From IMG/VR virus record IMGVR_UViG_3300033806_000075: a stretch of 64,000 nt of DNA. The stretch is one strand, 5' to 3'. The stretch comes from an uncultured virus (IMG/VR IMGVR_UViG_3300033806_000075). Taxonomy: Duplodnaviria; Heunggongvirae; Uroviricota; Caudoviricetes. Shown here piece by piece: positions 41,387-48,982 of the stretch; positions within the stretch are counted from its first letter, which is position 1, and each line of letters opens with the position of its first letter. The notes under the pieces were generated by a model. It did not search any database. It saw only the letters and a list, made by a program, of their open reading frames with translations, and was not told where the DNA came from. The position numbers and the translations under genes were made by a program.

Positions 41387-42447
41387 CTTTCCCCTCGTTT
41401 CCGCTGTGGGTGAATCTCAGCCTCGCGTTCAGCCTGTAGGCTCTTCTCCATCTCCGCCTGCGACATCCGAACGTTACTCCACCTGACAGGTCTCCCCGTC
41501 TGATCCGACAATGTTACGAACGCTGGGAGTTGAACTCCCCCAAGCAAACTCAAAGCCAGTTCGCTATCTAACGGAGGGTAAACGATCTCCTGTGCCGGCG
41601 GCAAATTTAGCCGCCGAAGAGCGACGGGGCATTGTGTTGACCGCGGATACTCGTTGACGATTCTGGCGTACCAGCTCTTGGAAGCCTCGGGATTCACCTT
41701 GGAGAGCTTATCGCCGATTTTGAGCCAAGATTCGGCCCTGGGCTCGTGCTTTGGTTCAGTCATCTCCCGGTACTTGTCCACCACGGGAGCCCAGAGTCCT
41801 CGCTTGTTCTCACGTGCCTCTTGCTCGGCCGCGCGGAAGTCCTGCATCCGCTGGGGATCGAATGGGTACTTGAGGTAGGCAAAGCCGAAACCCTGCTTGA
41901 TGATTTCCTTGTTGATGAAGAGGTTGTCTCGCTGTCGAAAGACGTAGGCAAGCAACCGACCATACCTGTCTCGGCTCTGGGGGCTCTCTTGTACCTCAAG
42001 CCGCACCTGCTGATTGAGCGTGATCTCGGCAGTGAACCGGGCTGCTTCCTTGGCGTAATACTGCACCGGCTTCCTGGGATCAACTTCCTCGGGCGTGTCC
42101 ACGCCAATGAGCCGGACGGTCTGTGGCTTGCCCTCGTGCTGAACGACGATCGTGTCCCCATCGACGACACGGACCACCAATCCATCCGGTGCTTGTGCCG
42201 CGGGCCGCTTCACCGTCACTTCCGCCTGGCTCCTTGGTGGCACCGAAGCCCGTCGTGGCGAGGGTGCATCCTTAACCTCGTGCGGGGCACAGGCACCACA
42301 CGTCCCACCGGCGCGGCAGTGGGCGCACCGTGAGCAGTTACGGCAGGCCGTGCAGTTGGGACTCCCAGTGCACTTCTCCGCCCATGCGTTGCCGTTCGAC
42401 CAAGCCAGAAACCAACAAAGCACCACGAGCCCAACGGTGTCTCTCAC
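41383..42447 (-). CDS. Exported thermonuclease (SNase family) with Cys-rich N-terminus
   Basis: Signal peptide; VVDGDT, VRLIGVDTPE, DRYGRLLAYV, AREN.RGLW. Confidence 0.9.
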   Translation of the reverse strand: MRDTVGLVVLCWFLAWSNGNAWAEKCTGSPNCTACRNCSRCAHCRAGGTCGACAPHEVKDAPSPRRASVPPRSQAEVTVKRPAAQAPDGLVVRVVDGDTIVVQHEGKPQTVRLIGVDTPEEVDPRKPVQYYAKEAARFTAEITLNQQVRLEVQESPQSRDRYGRLLAYVFRQRDNLFINKEIIKQGFGFAYLKYPFDPQRMQDFRAAEQEARENKRGLWAPVVDKYREMTEPKHEPRAESWLKIGDKLSKVNPEASKSWYARIVNEYPRSTQCPVALRRLNLPPAQEIVYPPLDSELALSLLGGVQLPAFVTLSDQTGRPVRWSNVRMSQAEMEKSLQAEREAEIHPQRKRGER

Positions 42448-42857
42448 GGGAAGGCCCTTTCACTCTTCTCACTCTCGCGAAGCTCGGCCATCGCAGTCTC
42501 CACCCACGTGAGCCATTTCCTGGCTGCCTCCAATTGACCCCGGACCTGTTCAACCTCCCGAGATGCTTCCGTGAGCGTTTCCTGCGCAGGCAGCCAGCGG
42601 CTCATTGCCTCTCGTTGCGAGGCCGACGGAGGGTGGACCTCGCCGACACCGATCTCGATTTCGGCGATGTGGCTGATGCTCACGAGCCGGTCGCAACCGT
42701 AGGGCTGCTTGATTCGCAGGATCGAACGATCCTCGCTCTCGACAATCTCGACTCGGTCGGCGCTCGTGATCCTTACGCCGTCAGCGTCGAACTGACTGCG
42801 GATCTCGAACGCTCGGAAGGGCTGGGCGGCCAGGAGACAGCGGAGGGTGGTCATCAT
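42444..42857 (-). CDS. Hypothetical protein ('LLAAQPFRAFEI' family)
   Basis: Coupled to neighbours; has a pseudogene paralogue at 44.5 kb. Confidence 0.6.
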   Translation of the reverse strand: MMTTLRCLLAAQPFRAFEIRSQFDADGVRITSADRVEIVESEDRSILRIKQPYGCDRLVSISHIAEIEIGVGEVHPPSASQREAMSRWLPAQETLTEASREVEQVRGQLEAARKWLTWVETAMAELRESEKSERAFP

Positions 42858-43453
42858 GAGGCTCCAGTCCTCTCCTTTATGATCGAGCTGAGCACCCGCT
42901 CTAGTCGCTCTGGGAAACTCTCGTCGGAACTTTGGTTAACACCGTGATTCTTGGCATGGCACTGGCGACAGAATATCGTCACATCCGTCCAAGGATTCTC
43001 TTTGCCTAAAGAACGATAATGAAGGTGATGCAACTCAAGTCCCTCAGTGCCTCCGCATGAAGTGCACTTGTTGCCCGCAGCCCACATGGCTAGGCTTTTA
43101 AGATCTTGCCAACACTGCGATTGCTGATATGCGTAGTAATTAGCGCGCCAGGAATCGCTGCTTCTACCTGAACCCTTTAGCCTTTCGAAATCGCAAAGGC
43201 GACCCAACAGTCGTCGCATGGTCGATCTCAGAAACAATGGCTTTGCATCCGGGGTCGGTGCCAAGTCCATATTGTCATCAAAGACGATGACTTCTTTTTT
43301 GCGAAGTTCTAATAGATCTCGGCCGCACTCAAAACAACATGGCCACTCAACGCTGTCGTGCCAACCATCTATAAGGAATCTTTCTCCACATGCGTGGCAA
43401 ACAAACCGCCCCCATCGTTGCCTCTCGGCAGTCTCTCTTAAGGACTCTGTCAT
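42854..43453 (-). CDS. HNH endonuclease
   Basis: CTSCG...LELHHLHY...FCRQCHAKNH; N-terminal Zn ribbon; low GC. Confidence 0.8.
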   Translation of the reverse strand: MTESLRETAERQRWGRFVCHACGERFLIDGWHDSVEWPCCFECGRDLLELRKKEVIVFDDNMDLAPTPDAKPLFLRSTMRRLLGRLCDFERLKGSGRSSDSWRANYYAYQQSQCWQDLKSLAMWAAGNKCTSCGGTEGLELHHLHYRSLGKENPWTDVTIFCRQCHAKNHGVNQSSDESFPERLERVLSSIIKERTGAS

Positions 43454-43652
43454 CGCGCACTCCGGACGAGTAAGGGTCTCCTCTCTCGTGCTCGTCCGGG
43501 GACACCGACTATTTGTCTCCCGTGACTTTGTTCACGTCAAGCGACACACTACGAAAAACCCAGAAAAACCCTCGGACCATGCTGCAATAGACCCTCGGAT
43601 TGCTTCGAATCCGAGGGTCGCGTGTCGGATTTCTGCAACTTAGAGCACTAGG

Positions 43653-44246
43653 TCAGAGGCCACCGGAGGGCTTGCTTCCGAGTCCCATCAGTTCGACCAA
43701 CTTGCCCGCGAGCAGATCGGCCAGCCCCCGTCGGTCAGCTTGAATGGGAGCCAATCGTTTGATCAGTCCAGCTCGCTGCCTGGCAACCTCGATGTGCTCT
43801 CGCGTGTTAACCGCTGCGAAAGCAGTCTCCGCGGTCTGAGCATCGACTCCCGCCTTGATCATTTGGTCGACGGTGAGGTTCTTGATGCTCACGACCTCTT
43901 CCAGGTCCCGCACGCGAGTTGAGGTTACGACGTCCCTCCACTTGACCACTCTCGCGAGCAAGAGCCGCCAGTTGGCCTCTCCCACGAGACCGTACCGCTG
44001 GTCGGCCGGTAGTCTTGCGACGATCCGACGCCAGTCCTCATAAGGCTCAGACTCAGTGCCAGGGTGGATCGGCTTACTGCAGCAAGTGCAGTTCAATAAC
44101 AGCGGACTCCACCACTCTGCCACTTGCAAATGGTACTGAGCGCACGCACCCGCCATCTCGTGCCAAGAGCAGAACCACTGGTAGACAATCCTACCGGTGT
44201 CGTTCTCAAAGCGCTCGCCGGGCTTGCCAGGCCAGATGATCGTCAT
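43653..44246 (-). CDS. Stand-alone MuF-like protein (toxin-less paralogue of 11910-13385)
   Basis: Colinear similarity over ~165 aa (TIIWPG.PGE.F.NDTG, AEWWSPL, DVVTS.RVR.LEEVVS, MIKAGV). Confidence 0.85.
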   Translation of the reverse strand: MTIIWPGKPGERFENDTGRIVYQWFCSWHEMAGACAQYHLQVAEWWSPLLLNCTCCSKPIHPGTESEPYEDWRRIVARLPADQRYGLVGEANWRLLLARVVKWRDVVTSTRVRDLEEVVSIKNLTVDQMIKAGVDAQTAETAFAAVNTREHIEVARQRAGLIKRLAPIQADRRGLADLLAGKLVELMGLGSKPSGGL

Positions 44247-44399
44247 AGCTCAGCTCCCAAAACCCAGGTAGTCGTCATCCCCGCTCACCGGCTACCACCT
44301 TTCAAATTCCCGAGCCGGGAGAGAAACCGGCCCGGGTGGGGAAAGCAACACACAAGGGCATCAGGTGCCCGCGTCAATGCATCTGAGGCTCCCATCAGC

Positions 44400-44555
44400 C
44401 TACAGTCCCCCGGGAAGAGACGCACTTCCGGGAGAAAACCGAGCCGGCTGGCGCTCAGTGTTTACTGCCTGAATCTCCTCGCCGCCGAGCCGGCTGCGGA
44501 TCTCGAACGCACGGAACGGCTAGGCGGCAAGAAGATGCCGGAGAGCGGTGATCAT
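44400..44555 (-). pseudogene. Pseudogene paralogue of 42444-42857
   Basis: Reads MITALRHLLAA*PFRAFEIRS versus MMTTLRCLLAAQPFRAFEIRS; TAG at 44520-44522 replaces CAG. Confidence 0.75.
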
Positions 44556-44629
44556 GAGGCGACAACTCCCGAGCTTTGGTAGATCATCAGTCATTCTTTG
44601 TCCTTGACTGCCATGACCGATGAGCTGAA

Positions 44630-46054
44630 TCAAGGGACATGGCCCCATGTCTTACGCTGGACTATGCTCTTAATAGTCGTTGCGGAGACTCCGTAGTGCG
44701 AAGCTAGCTGTGTGTAGTTCATGCCTTGAGCGGAAAGCTGGCGGATCTCTATAACGGCCGAATCTGTCAGCTTAGCCTGGGGATGGTCCTCTCCGCACTT
44801 CGGTTTGGGTGGGGTCCCACGAAACTTCCCAAGCAACTGAGTGCCTCGAGGTGCCCATCGCAGGTTGTCGGCTTGACAATTCATTGGCGAAGGATCGGGA
44901 TAGTGAAACGGCACGCATCCGAGGGGCCTAGGTCCATGGAATGCTTGGCAAACGAGCGTCGCCACAGAGACGCTCTTATACCCATAACCATCGCTGCTGC
45001 GTCGAAGCTCGACGACCGGCGTCTTCGCAGAGAAGCGTAGCTTTCTTCTGACCCATACAACCCTGTGCCCCACACGTGTCCATACCTCTCCTTCGCGCGT
45101 GACTCGCACTTGGTGTGCTGGAAACGGAGGTACGGGCTGGCCTGGCGGGCCTCCGTGTATGCTTTCCAGCCATCGATCATGTGGCCTTTTCCTGGCTCTT
45201 TTTCGGCGGTCGTGCTCCCTTAAGCGTTCTTTCTGCGAGGGTGTCAATTGTTCCTTCTGTTTTACGCGTCGTCGCTGATAACGAGCTCTCTCTTTGGCGC
45301 GAGCTTTCTCGATGTCTGCTTCTCGCTGCTGCCTATAGCGATCCCTCGCAAGTCGGTTTCGTCGCTCTTTTGTGGCCATCGCCGGCGGGGTAATTCGATG
45401 GGTCGATGTGCCCCCACCGGGCTTGCAACGTTTCCTAGGCGCCCAGCTAAGGTTACTCGCTCTGCAGTTGCTTTTCATTGGATCTGGATAGTGGAAGGGC
45501 TCGCAGCCAAGCGGTTTCGGACCATGGAACGCCAAACAAACTAGCTTGGCGACTGAAACCTTCTCTCGACGCAGCCCCTCATTTGAAACACGGTAGGCCG
45601 TCACATATGCAATGCCCCTTTTTGAGTGCACCTTTGCGTCGCTTTTGCGCCACACGGGACTCTGACTCCCGCGCTTCCAGACCGAACCATCCTCGCCTAC
45701 TCTGATGCGATCCTCTGCATAACCGGGAATGGGGACACCTGGTCGCGAGACAGCTTCTTGTGCCCATTTGCACTCCCCTTGCGTTTTACGCGTGACACGC
45801 CGATATTGGTTTATCTTGTCATTGATCTTATCGCGGTTGGCAGCGCGATAATTGCACTTCTGTTCTAGGATGGCTGCGCGGTTCCTAGTCCTATAATTAC
45901 GATTTTGCTCCTTGATCTTGTCGGGGTTGGCAGCGCGATAGGTTGCTTTGTATTCCCGCCTCTTTCGCCTCCGCCGCTCTTGCGGCGTCTCATCCGGGAT
46001 ATCTTCGAACAGGCTCATTGCCTTGCTCCCTGCCGGGCCTACTTCAACGCTCAT
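44630..46054 (-). CDS. Double-HNH homing-endonuclease-like protein with C-terminal HTH
   Basis: Two copies of VSVA.LVC.AFHGP.PLGC.PFHYPDP...NC.A.NL.WAPR; C-terminal GEDHPQAKLT...YGVS..TI..I..RKTW. Start may be 46018. Confidence 0.8.
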   Translation of the reverse strand: MSVEVGPAGSKAMSLFEDIPDETPQERRRRKRREYKATYRAANPDKIKEQNRNYRTRNRAAILEQKCNYRAANRDKINDKINQYRRVTRKTQGECKWAQEAVSRPGVPIPGYAEDRIRVGEDGSVWKRGSQSPVWRKSDAKVHSKRGIAYVTAYRVSNEGLRREKVSVAKLVCLAFHGPKPLGCEPFHYPDPMKSNCRASNLSWAPRKRCKPGGGTSTHRITPPAMATKERRNRLARDRYRQQREADIEKARAKERARYQRRRVKQKEQLTPSQKERLREHDRRKRARKRPHDRWLESIHGGPPGQPVPPFPAHQVRVTREGEVWTRVGHRVVWVRRKLRFSAKTPVVELRRSSDGYGYKSVSVATLVCQAFHGPRPLGCVPFHYPDPSPMNCQADNLRWAPRGTQLLGKFRGTPPKPKCGEDHPQAKLTDSAVIEIRQLSAQGMNYTQLASHYGVSATTIKSIVQRKTWGHVP

Positions 46055-46063
46055 GTTGCCCGC

Positions 46064-46312
46064 TCACCGGCTACCGCCTTTCTTCCTCGGCGGCTCGCCC
46101 GAAGGTCCCGGAGGCGGGCTCTGGCGGGATGCTTCGTCGGCCTGAAGGATCGGCCGAAGCAAGTCGGACAGGTAATCACCGGCTGCCCCACCGCCGCGGT
46201 AGCCGTGATGCGGCGCGCACTTCCACGCCAGCTCGATGATGTCGAGGGCGAGGCGGATCTGGGCCGTAGGGGGTTTTTTGCGTGCCACCGTGGCGCTCGC
46301 TGGGCCAGGCAT
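46064..46312 (-). CDS. Putative RHH-like regulator (switch copy 1)
   Basis: ARKKP..AQIRL..DIIELA...DYLSDLLRPIL; divergent from promoter P1 and positionally equivalent to 47422-47619. Confidence 0.45.
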   Translation of the reverse strand: MPGPASATVARKKPPTAQIRLALDIIELAWKCAPHHGYRGGGAAGDYLSDLLRPILQADEASRQSPPPGPSGEPPRKKGGSR

Positions 46313-46364
46313 TGCTTTTCTCCTGTGTCAGGCTAACCCGCGACAAGGCGCAGGTCCATATCCT

Positions 46365-46392
46365 AGTTTACCTTCAGGCCATTCTGGGTCAA
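46365..46392 (-). promoter_or_regulatory. Candidate leftward sigma70-type promoter
   Basis: TTGACC-N16-TAAACT on the minus strand. Confidence 0.5.
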
Positions 46393-46418
46393 GCGACTAT
46401 AAAATTTCAAAGTGGCAC

Positions 46419-46447
46419 TTGACACAGTGTGTCAGTTGGTTTATACT
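46419..46447 (+). promoter_or_regulatory. Rightward sigma70-type promoter P1 with overlapping palindromic operator
   Basis: TTGACA-N17-TATACT; palindrome TGACACA-G-TGTGTCA at 46420-46434; extra half-site TGTGTCA at 46324-46330. Confidence 0.85.
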
Positions 46448-46490
46448 ACTATCGTTGAGTGAACGATGATCCAAGACAAGGAGCCCTGAG

Positions 46491-46757
46491 ATGACGACCC
46501 TGACCCAGAGAATCCTGAAGACGATGCAAGAGATCGAACCGCAGGCAGGGGACGGAGCCCTGGTAGAGATCCGGAAGCTACGGAAGGCGATGAAGGCCAC
46601 CAAGAAGGCTTTCGATGCGGCGGTGATCGAGCTGGCGGACGCGGCGACCGTCGCCCTCCACCACTACGACGCATCGTGCGGGCTGACCGCCAAGGATCGG
46701 CAAGAGTTGGTCCTGGATATCGACGGCCGGTACGCCCATGGCGTCGCGATCAGGTGA
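46491..46757 (+). CDS. Small winged-helix-like protein
   Basis: AAGGAG RBS; LVEIRKLR...FDAAVIEL....V.L pattern. Confidence 0.7.
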   Translation: MTTLTQRILKTMQEIEPQAGDGALVEIRKLRKAMKATKKAFDAAVIELADAATVALHHYDASCGLTAKDRQELVLDIDGRYAHGVAIR

Positions 46758-46808
46758 TGCACCCCGGGGGCCAGGGAAGGCCCCATAACCCCTGACAAGG
46801 ACCCTAAG

Positions 46809-47042
46809 ATGACAGCCGCTACCTTGACTCGCAACCAGACGTACGACTGGACTCGCGACCCCCTCTACGCTGGCCTGGCCGACGAGCCGCAGCCCGCCAG
46901 GCCAGCCCGCCGGCGCCGCTTCGAGCCCAGCCAAGCTGACCTGGCTTGGCTGGCGCAGCAGCCGTCCTTGGCCGCGGGGCGGCCCTACCAGCCGACCAGT
47001 CGCCTCGCTCGGATGTGGGGTCGCCCTGGCTGGCGACGGTGA
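46809..47042 (+). CDS. Early gene A, copy 1
   Basis: Near-identical to 48144-48365. Confidence 0.75.
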   Translation: MTAATLTRNQTYDWTRDPLYAGLADEPQPARPARRRRFEPSQADLAWLAQQPSLAAGRPYQPTSRLARMWGRPGWRR

Positions 47043-47133
47043 CGTGAAATGCAAGGGGGCGCCCGGGCAGTGCCACTACCCGGACGCCCCGATTGATCTC
47101 CCCCGAGCGATTCACAACGAAGGAGCCATACCC

Positions 47134-47385
47134 ATGCTAGCCGAAGTCGTGACCAGTGAATACCTCATGCGGCGTGCACTTCGCGAGGCCAGGTTTCCGG
47201 AGCACGCCATCAACGCGGCGATGCTCAAGCTTTTCCCAGAGCCAGGCGAGGATGCCTGTGAACTGATATCTCCCGCTCAATGTCGATTCCGCCGTCAACA
47301 ACGCCAAGCACAATCAACGGAGCGCCGTAATAATCGCCGTGCTGCTTCATTCTCGCCGGAAGATGGACTGACTTCCCAATCTTGA
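47134..47385 (+). pseudogene. Early gene B, truncated/chimeric copy
   Basis: Matches the 48463 ORF up to EDACEL, then runs into antisense GIY-YIG sequence. Confidence 0.7.
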
Positions 47386-47422
47386 TGGGGCCGTCTTCGC
47401 CAATTCGCGCGAAGTACACCAT
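47225..47422 (-). pseudogene. Truncated GIY-YIG (T5orf172-like) nuclease
   Basis: MVYFARIGEDGPIKIGKS..LPARMKQ; similarity ends at the duplication breakpoint near 47263. Confidence 0.7.
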
Positions 47423-47619
47423 CAGAGCTTCCCTCCCTTTCGCTGCTGATCGATGTACTCTTGTACCACCTTTCGGACCAGGATAGCCATCGTCGTTTCC
47501 TGCTTCGCGGCGAGGATCCGCAAGTCCCGGTGGTACTCGGGCGGGATCTCCAATCGCACGAGCTTGAGGATGGCTTGGCTTACAGGCACGTCTTTCTTCT
47601 CCGGTTTCTTGCGAGCCAT
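47422..47619 (-). CDS. Ribbon-helix-helix repressor (Arc/CopG-like; switch copy 2)
   Basis: KLVRLEIPPEYHRDLRILAAKQETTMAILVRKVVQEYI. Confidence 0.8.
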   Translation of the reverse strand: MARKKPEKKDVPVSQAILKLVRLEIPPEYHRDLRILAAKQETTMAILVRKVVQEYIDQQRKGGKL

Positions 47620-47688
47620 AAGCGATCTCCATCTAGGTAGACACTATCTACCCAGATGATATGCGATGCGCAGGCTGCTCTGCTACTT

Positions 47689-47717
47689 AGTATACACGGG
47701 TACGTATACGCCGTCAA
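47689..47717 (-). promoter_or_regulatory. Leftward sigma70-type promoter with GTATAC operator sites
   Basis: TTGACG-N17-TATACT on the minus strand; CGTATACG at 47703-47710. Confidence 0.8.
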
Positions 47718-47740
47718 TCGAAATAATTTTGGCTACCTAC

Positions 47741-47769
47741 TTGACAGCGTATACGCGGTAGCCTATGAT
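47741..47769 (+). promoter_or_regulatory. Rightward sigma70-type promoter P2 with operator
   Basis: TTGACA-N17-TATGAT; palindrome GCGTATACGC at 47747-47756. Confidence 0.85.
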
Positions 47770-47814
47770 GTAGATGTTGAGTGAACGACAGCCCTGAAGA
47801 CAAGGAGCCCTGAG

Positions 47815-48090
47815 ATGACGACGACTTACTACAGCGGACTTTGGATCGACACCCCGGAGGGCACAGCCGAGTTCGACCGGATCACCGATGCCCTCTGCGA
47901 CCTGGATCGCAAGATCGAGGAGACGAAAGACGACTTGGAGAAACAGTTTGGTGGCGGGGCGCCAAAGGCGAACGACAACAGTGGCTACGCCCGGGCCTAC
48001 CGGGATCGCGAGCGGCAGATCGAGATCCTCAAGCGGGACCGGACCCGGATGGAAGGCTACCTCGACGAGATCAGCAAGCGGGTAGCCTGA
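47815..48090 (+). CDS. Small coiled-coil protein
   Basis: Same AAGGAGCCCTGAGATGACGAC start context as 46491. Confidence 0.7.
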   Translation: MTTTYYSGLWIDTPEGTAEFDRITDALCDLDRKIEETKDDLEKQFGGGAPKANDNSGYARAYRDRERQIEILKRDRTRMEGYLDEISKRVA

Positions 48091-48143
48091 ACAAGACCAG
48101 GGGCCAGGGACGGCCCCATAGCCCCCTAACAAGGAGCCCTGAG

Positions 48144-48365
48144 ATGACGACCGCGATCCTTACCTACCGCTGGGAGCAGGACCCCCTTTACGCTGGCCTT
48201 ACCGACGAGCCGCAGCCTGCCAGGCCAGCCCGGCAGCGACGCTTCGAGCCCAGCCAAGCCGATCTGGCCTGGCTAGCGCAGCAGCCGACGCTGGCTGCCC
48301 CGAGGCCCTACAAGCCAACCAGCCGCCTCGCTCGCATGTGGGGTCGCCCTGGCTGGCGACGCTGA
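48144..48365 (+). CDS. Early gene A, copy 2
   Basis: AAGGAG RBS; paralogue of 46809-47042. Confidence 0.75.
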   Translation: MTTAILTYRWEQDPLYAGLTDEPQPARPARQRRFEPSQADLAWLAQQPTLAAPRPYKPTSRLARMWGRPGWRR

Positions 48366-48462
48366 CGTGAAATGCAAGGGGGCGTCCGGTGTGCCACCGG
48401 ACGCCCCGATAACCCCGACGACGAGTACCGACCAGGGAAACCCACCGACAGGAGCCAAGATC

Positions 48463-48879
48463 ATGTTAGCCGAAGATGCGCTGAGCAGTGAATACCTCAT
48501 GCGGAGAGCCTTGAGAGAGGCCAAGTTCCCGGAGCACGCGATCAACGCAGCGATGCTGAAGCTTTTCCCGGAGCCAGACGAGGACGCCTGCGAACTCGTC
48601 GAGCTGCTCGACCCCGAGGCTGACGAGCCCAAGCGATGGATGGGCTGGTGCGATCAGGATCGATGGTCGCTGGGCCCTGATCCCAACGACGCTGACCACT
48701 TCCAGCCATTGCCTGAGGACCTGGCGGCGCTCGACGGGATCTGCGAGGAGATCGAACGGCGGATTCAGTATCTCCAGGCCGTCGAGCGAGCCGATGCCGA
48801 GGAGCGGGAGCAGATCAGGCGCCGGATGCTCCCCGATGAGTGCTTCGAGCCGCGCATTCTGGCGGGAGCTGTGGACTGA
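48463..48879 (+). CDS. Early gene B (acidic hypothetical protein)
   Basis: AGGAG RBS; full-length version of the 47134 ORF. Confidence 0.7.
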   Translation: MLAEDALSSEYLMRRALREAKFPEHAINAAMLKLFPEPDEDACELVELLDPEADEPKRWMGWCDQDRWSLGPDPNDADHFQPLPEDLAALDGICEEIERRIQYLQAVERADAEEREQIRRRMLPDECFEPRILAGAVD

Positions 48880-48982
48880 ATCATCTCAGGGCCACGGAGG
48901 GCCCGCCCTCCAGTGCTTTGTCGCACTGCCGACGAGGCCCGGTAGGCCGAAAGGGATCGAGACGGACATCAGGAGGTGAGAG

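Larger units (their letters stand above)
46454..47263 (+). repeat. Duplicated early unit, copy 1 (copy 2 at 47776-48597)
   Basis: Shared leader, intergenic hairpins, gene A and the 5' part of gene B; the first gene is unrelated between copies. Confidence 0.9.

Noticed and set aside
44520..44522. TAG-to-Gln recoding suggested by TAG aligned to CAG
   Set aside because: TAG ends several clear genes (methylase, MuF-ART, tail tube) and no core gene is interrupted by TAG; a simple nonsense mutation is more likely.
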